From Cereibacter sphaeroides 2.4.1 (GTDB lineage: Bacteria > Pseudomonadota > Alphaproteobacteria > Rhodobacterales > Rhodobacteraceae): DNA of 32,000 nucleotides. Shown piece after piece: positions 27,172 to 32,000 of this stretch (the first letter of the stretch is position 1; the number at the start of each line of letters is the position of its first letter). A program made the position numbers and the translations under genes. The notes under the pieces were generated by a model. It was given only the letters and a program-made list of their open reading frames with translations, was not told where the DNA came from and did not search any database. The stretch lies in NCBI RefSeq assembly GCF_000012905.2, contig NC_007494.2, positions 270,001-302,000 on the forward strand, in the 5' to 3' direction.

Positions 27172-28566
27172 TCACTCTCCGACCGGCAGCCGCAGCGTAA
27201 CGCGCAGGCCGGGCTCCGCGTCGTGCAGCTCGACGCGGCCGCCGTGAAGGCGCGCCACCGCGGCGACGAGGCTGAGGCCCAAGCCGCTTCCCTCGCTGTT
27301 GCGGCTCCGCTCGAGCCGGTAGAAGCGGCGGAAGACCGCCTCGCGCTCGGCCGCGGGAATGCCCGGCCCGTCATCCTCGACCGTCACCACCGCCTCCGCC
27401 CCCTCGCGCCTCACCGTCAGCGCGACATGGGCGGGCGGTGGGCAATGGCGGAAGGCATTCTCGACGAGGTTGGAGATGGCCTGCGCGAGCAGATCGCGGT
27501 CGCCCTCGACCGCCACGGGCTCGATCCGGGCGTCGATGCGGTGACCCATCTCCTCGGCCACCGGCTCCAGCAGTTCGTGGAGATCGTCGGCAAGCCGCCC
27601 CAGATCGAGCCTCGCGAAGCGCGGGCGGGCGCCGCCGCCCTCGATCTGGGCGATGCGCAGCACGGCGTTGAAGATCCGCACGATCCGGTCCGCCTGACCG
27701 ACCGCCGAGGCGATGTCCGCCGCGGCATCCTCAGGCAGATCCTCGCGCAGCATCAAGGGTTCGAGCGAGGTGCGCAGGCGCGTGATGGGCGTCCTCAGAT
27801 CGTGTGCCACGTCGGAGGAGACCTGCCGGAGGCTCTCGACCGTCAGCTCCAGCTGGTCGAGCGTCGCATTCACGGCGCCCGCGATGCGGCCGATGTCGTC
27901 GCTGCCCGCATCCTGCACCCGCTCGGACAGATCGCCGGCCGACGCCCGCGTGAGCACGCTCGAAAGGCGCGCGATCCGCCGTTCCGCCCCCCAGGCGAGG
28001 ATCCCCGCCACCCCCAGTGCCAGCAGAAGCGCGAGCGCCAGCCCCGAGGCCACCGCCCGGATCACGATCGCCCGCACCTCGTCGAGCGCGCTCGTCTGGC
28101 GGGCCGCGATCACATAGCCCGCCGGGATGCGCAACCCGTAGGCCGAGAAGCCGATCCCGTCGGGCGCCGCGCCCGGCAGCAGCATGTCTCGCCCCGAGAC
28201 GAGTTCGCGCGACCCGACGAAGGGCTCGGGCAGGTGGAAGTTGCCGAAGACGATCCGGCCGGAATTGTCGATGAAGAGATAGAGGTTGGCGAAGTCGCGC
28301 GTGGTGGCCACATTCGCCGCGATCTGGGCGTGCAGATCGACCAGCCCCGCCACCTGCCAGGTCGCGGCCAGCGACTCCGCCATCTGCCGGGCATCCGCGC
28401 GCAGCCGGTCCTTCAGCGCGCCCGTCAGCAGCGGGACCGACACGAGCCCGGCCAGAAGCGTGGCCCCCACGAAGATCAGCGCAAGCCGCGCCGCCAGCCG
28501 CAGCGAGGAGGAGCCGGACAGGCGCGAGATCCCCGCCTGCGGATCGGGGGAGGGGCGCAGGCTCAT
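27172..28566 (-). CDS. Two-component sensor histidine kinase (two TM helices, HAMP, HisKA, HATPase)
   Basis: Listed 464-aa ORF. The H-box is VSSDVAHDLRTPITRL, the N-box is ISNLVENAFRH and the G-boxes are VEDDGPGI and GSGLGLSLV. Its ATG overlaps the regulator's stop codon (ATGA at 28566-28563). Confidence 0.9.
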   Translation of the reverse strand: MSLRPSPDPQAGISRLSGSSSLRLAARLALIFVGATLLAGLVSVPLLTGALKDRLRADARQMAESLAATWQVAGLVDLHAQIAANVATTRDFANLYLFIDNSGRIVFGNFHLPEPFVGSRELVSGRDMLLPGAAPDGIGFSAYGLRIPAGYVIAARQTSALDEVRAIVIRAVASGLALALLLALGVAGILAWGAERRIARLSSVLTRASAGDLSERVQDAGSDDIGRIAGAVNATLDQLELTVESLRQVSSDVAHDLRTPITRLRTSLEPLMLREDLPEDAAADIASAVGQADRIVRIFNAVLRIAQIEGGGARPRFARLDLGRLADDLHELLEPVAEEMGHRIDARIEPVAVEGDRDLLAQAISNLVENAFRHCPPPAHVALTVRREGAEAVVTVEDDGPGIPAAEREAVFRRFYRLERSRNSEGSGLGLSLVAAVARLHGGRVELHDAEPGLRVTLRLPVGE

Positions 28567-29237
28567 GCCTTCAGCATGTAGCCCGCGCCCCGGACCGTGT
28601 GGAGCAGCGGCTTGTCGAACGGCCGGTCGATCTTGGCGCGCAGGCGGCTCATGTGGGTCTCGACGACGCTGGTGCCGGGATCGAAATGGAAATCCCAGAC
28701 CGCTTCGAGCAGCATGGTGCGCGTCTGCACGCGCCCCGCGGCCCGCATCAGATGTTCGAGAAGCCGGAATTCGCGCGGCTGGAGGTCGATCTCGGTGCCG
28801 CCGCGGCTGACGGTGCGGCGCACGGTGTCGAGCGTGAGATCGCCCACCCGCAGAAGATCGCGCGCCCCCTCGGCCAGGGCAGGACGACGCGCCAGCGCCG
28901 CCAGCCGCGCTGACAGTTCCGAGAAGGCGAAGGGCTTGACCAGATAATCGTCGGCCCCGGCCTGCAACCCCTCGACCCGGTCCGTCACCCCGCCCATGGC
29001 GGTGAGGATCAGGATCGGCGCCTTGATCTGCGCCGAGCGCAGCGCCTTGACGAGCGAGAGCCCGTCGAGCCCCGGCATCATCCGGTCGACCACGAGGAGG
29101 TCGTAGGGTTGCAGCGTCGCCTGCACCAGCGCGTCGCGCCCGTCGGGCACATGATCCACGCTGTAGCCCTCGGCCAGAAGACCCTGGCGGAGGTAGTCGG
29201 CGGTCTGGCGGTCGTCCTCGGCAAGCAGGATCTTCAT
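28563..29237 (-). CDS. OmpR/PhoB-family response regulator (receiver plus winged helix)
   Basis: This is an internal ATG (29237) of listed ORF 28563-29336, preceded by GGAGAATGAC. It reads MKILLAEDDRQTADYL...LLVVDRMMPGLDG...ILILTA...DDYLVKPFAFSELSARL. The C-terminal part is REFRLLEHLM...VWDFHFDPGTSVVETHMSRLRAKID...VRGAGYML. Confidence 0.9.
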   Translation of the reverse strand: MKILLAEDDRQTADYLRQGLLAEGYSVDHVPDGRDALVQATLQPYDLLVVDRMMPGLDGLSLVKALRSAQIKAPILILTAMGGVTDRVEGLQAGADDYLVKPFAFSELSARLAALARRPALAEGARDLLRVGDLTLDTVRRTVSRGGTEIDLQPREFRLLEHLMRAAGRVQTRTMLLEAVWDFHFDPGTSVVETHMSRLRAKIDRPFDKPLLHTVRGAGYMLKA

Positions 29238-29347
29238 GTCATTCTCCATCGACGGGAGTCTGCGCCCCCCGTCTTGCCGCAACCTTTCCGCATTCTCACG
29301 GTTCGGTAAGGTTCGAGGCGGCCCGATCCCGATCACGTCCCCGCGAG

Positions 29348-29375
29348 CTTACGGAATGGTAATCCGGCGGTAATC
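29348..29375. promoter_or_regulatory. Three pentamers at 11-bp phasing; a candidate response-regulator binding site
   Basis: CTTAC (29348-52; GTAAG on the other strand), GTAAT (29359-63) and GTAAT (29370-74). The last two lie inside GGTAATCCGG and GGTAATCGG. The site is near the middle of the 243-bp divergent region between the regulator ATG (29237) and the degP ATG (29481). Confidence 0.35.
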
Positions 29376-29480
29376 GGACCCGCAAGTGCCGCGCCCATGT
29401 TGTCCCCCAAGGCCCGCGTCCCTGCGGTCCGCGGTTCCGGCCGCCGGGCCGGGCGCGCCCCGGTAACCAAGGAGAGTTCC

Positions 29481-30932
<1,452 letters not shown>

Positions 30933-31004
30933 CAAGCGCCGCCGTCCCGGGCGCGTCCCGCGCGGCCCGGGGCGCTCTGCCGGATCGACCGGCCCGTGAA
31001 GCGG

Positions 31005-31040
31005 ATACGGGCCCCACATCGGGGCCCGTATCGGCGTTTC
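31005..31040 (+). terminator. Intrinsic terminator-like hairpin downstream of degP
   Basis: Perfect 12-bp stem GATACGGGCCCC/GGGGCCCGTATC with a 5-nt loop, followed by GGCGTTTCC (a short T run). Confidence 0.55.
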
Positions 31041-31158
31041 CGGCTGAGCGCCCGGGCGATCGGGGTCTTTCCCGGCGGGTCCATTCTGCCCGCACCCGGA
31101 ACAAGCATCCCCTCCCGCGGTTGCAGGCCCTGCGTCCAACCTGGAGAGGAGGAGATCC

Positions 31159-31860
31159 ATGAAACGCCTGACCCTCACGACCTGCGCCCTGGCGCTCGCC
31201 GGAGCCACCGCCGCCCATGCCGACTGTGCCGCGGACCTTGCATCCCTGACCGGCGCGTCCGCGGACATGCCGTCCTCGAGCGGGGCCGCTGCGGACAGCG
31301 GATCCACCACCGGCGCTTCGGGAACGGACATGTCCGCCGCGGGCGGCTCCGACATGAGCACGACCGGTTCGGCTGCCGGAGGCTCCGACATGGCGGCGGG
31401 GTCGGGTGCCGGCGGCACCTCCAGCTCCGCGATGACCGGCAGCTCCGACGTGGCCGGCGGGTCTACCTCCACGGGTTCCGGCTCGGGCAGCGGGACCGAC
31501 ATGGCGGGCTCCGGAGCAACGGGCTCGGGCACGACCGGCACGAGCGCGACCGGCCCCGGGACCGCCGGATCGGACGGCGCTTCGGGCATGGCCGAGGGCG
31601 AGGGCATCTCGAAGGACGGCTCGCTCGCGCCGCTGGAGGGCGCAGACGGCAGCGGGAGCAACAGCGCGACCACGGCCATGTCCGGCGCCGATGCCGAAGC
31701 CCAGCAGAACGGCGAGCCGACGGCGGCCCAGTCGGCCGAGGCCGGATCGGGGGAGGGCGCGAACACCCGCGCCGGCGTCATTCAGGAAGCCCGCACCGCT
31801 CTTGCCCGGGGCGACGAGGCGGCCTGCCTCGCGGCCATCGAGAAGGCCCGCGGCCTCTGA
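31159..31860 (+). CDS. Secreted low-complexity Gly/Ser/Thr/Ala-rich protein with repeated (S/T)DM motifs; function unknown
   Basis: Listed 233-aa ORF, with the strong SD GGAGAGGAGGAG just upstream. The signal peptide is MKRLTLTTCALALAGATAAHA, followed by DCAADL. There are eight Met in an otherwise almost non-hydrophobic ~170-aa region. The C-terminal helix-like segment is AGVIQEARTALARGDEAACLAAIEKARGL. GGCTCCGACATG occurs twice in the DNA. Confidence 0.65.
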   Translation: MKRLTLTTCALALAGATAAHADCAADLASLTGASADMPSSSGAAADSGSTTGASGTDMSAAGGSDMSTTGSAAGGSDMAAGSGAGGTSSSAMTGSSDVAGGSTSTGSGSGSGTDMAGSGATGSGTTGTSATGPGTAGSDGASGMAEGEGISKDGSLAPLEGADGSGSNSATTAMSGADAEAQQNGEPTAAQSAEAGSGEGANTRAGVIQEARTALARGDEAACLAAIEKARGL

Positions 31861-32000
31861 GCCGGACGTGAGGGGGCAGGCGGCGGCACCCCGCCGCCCG
31901 TCGCCTCTCGGGCCCGTCAGCCGGGGCGGTCCCGCCGCAGGTGCCCGCCTCGACGATAAAACCTTCATGGACCCGTTGGCCCACAGCCCGTTCCCGGCAA

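Noticed and set aside
31967-32000. Possible start of a plus-strand gene at the right edge (ATGGACCCGTTGGCCCACAGCCCGTTCCCGGCAA)
   Set aside because: Only 11 codons are visible and there is no SD, so it cannot be evaluated.

Overview
This is a high-GC bacterial chromosomal segment (I estimate roughly two-thirds G+C, not computed). Its gene content looks alphaproteobacterial, possibly Rhodobacterales-like; that taxon call is inference only. I support 26 protein genes. From left to right they are:
- an Mre11/Rad50-like pair (metallophosphoesterase plus YhaN-type AAA ATPase, the latter running off the left edge);
- a cobalamin riboswitch driving bluB;
- a Cache-type sensor kinase followed by a tiny membrane protein;
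- a siderophore-type uptake locus (two FecCD permeases, an ATPase and a TonB-dependent receptor);
- an HWE/HisKA_2 sensor kinase;
- cobB, an EpmB/KamA-like radical-SAM gene and a cupin;
- a lytic murein transglycosylase and a DUF2945 gene;
- the dppABCDF operon and a glyoxalase I-like gene;
- a membrane-anchored coiled-coil/acidic protein;
- an OmpR-family regulator and kinase operon lying divergent to degP;
- a secreted Gly/Ser/Thr-rich, Met-punctuated protein.

I see no rRNA, tRNA, CRISPR array, transposase, integrase or recognisable defence system, so the window reads as core chromosome. The many long Arg/Ala/Gly/Pro-rich ORFs in the track are antisense or off-frame shadows typical of GC-rich DNA.

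The items most worth follow-up are:
- an orphan plus-strand intrinsic terminator and hairpins in a 628-bp non-coding gap (7723-8350), a candidate sRNA or leader;
- phased GTAAT repeats between the two-component operon and degP, together with the odd (S/T)DM-repeat secreted protein downstream;
- the cobB / EpmB-like / cupin trio with no epmA nearby;
- a hairpin that sequesters the Shine-Dalgarno (SD) sequence ahead of the transglycosylase gene.

All family assignments come from reading motifs by eye. No database search was run.
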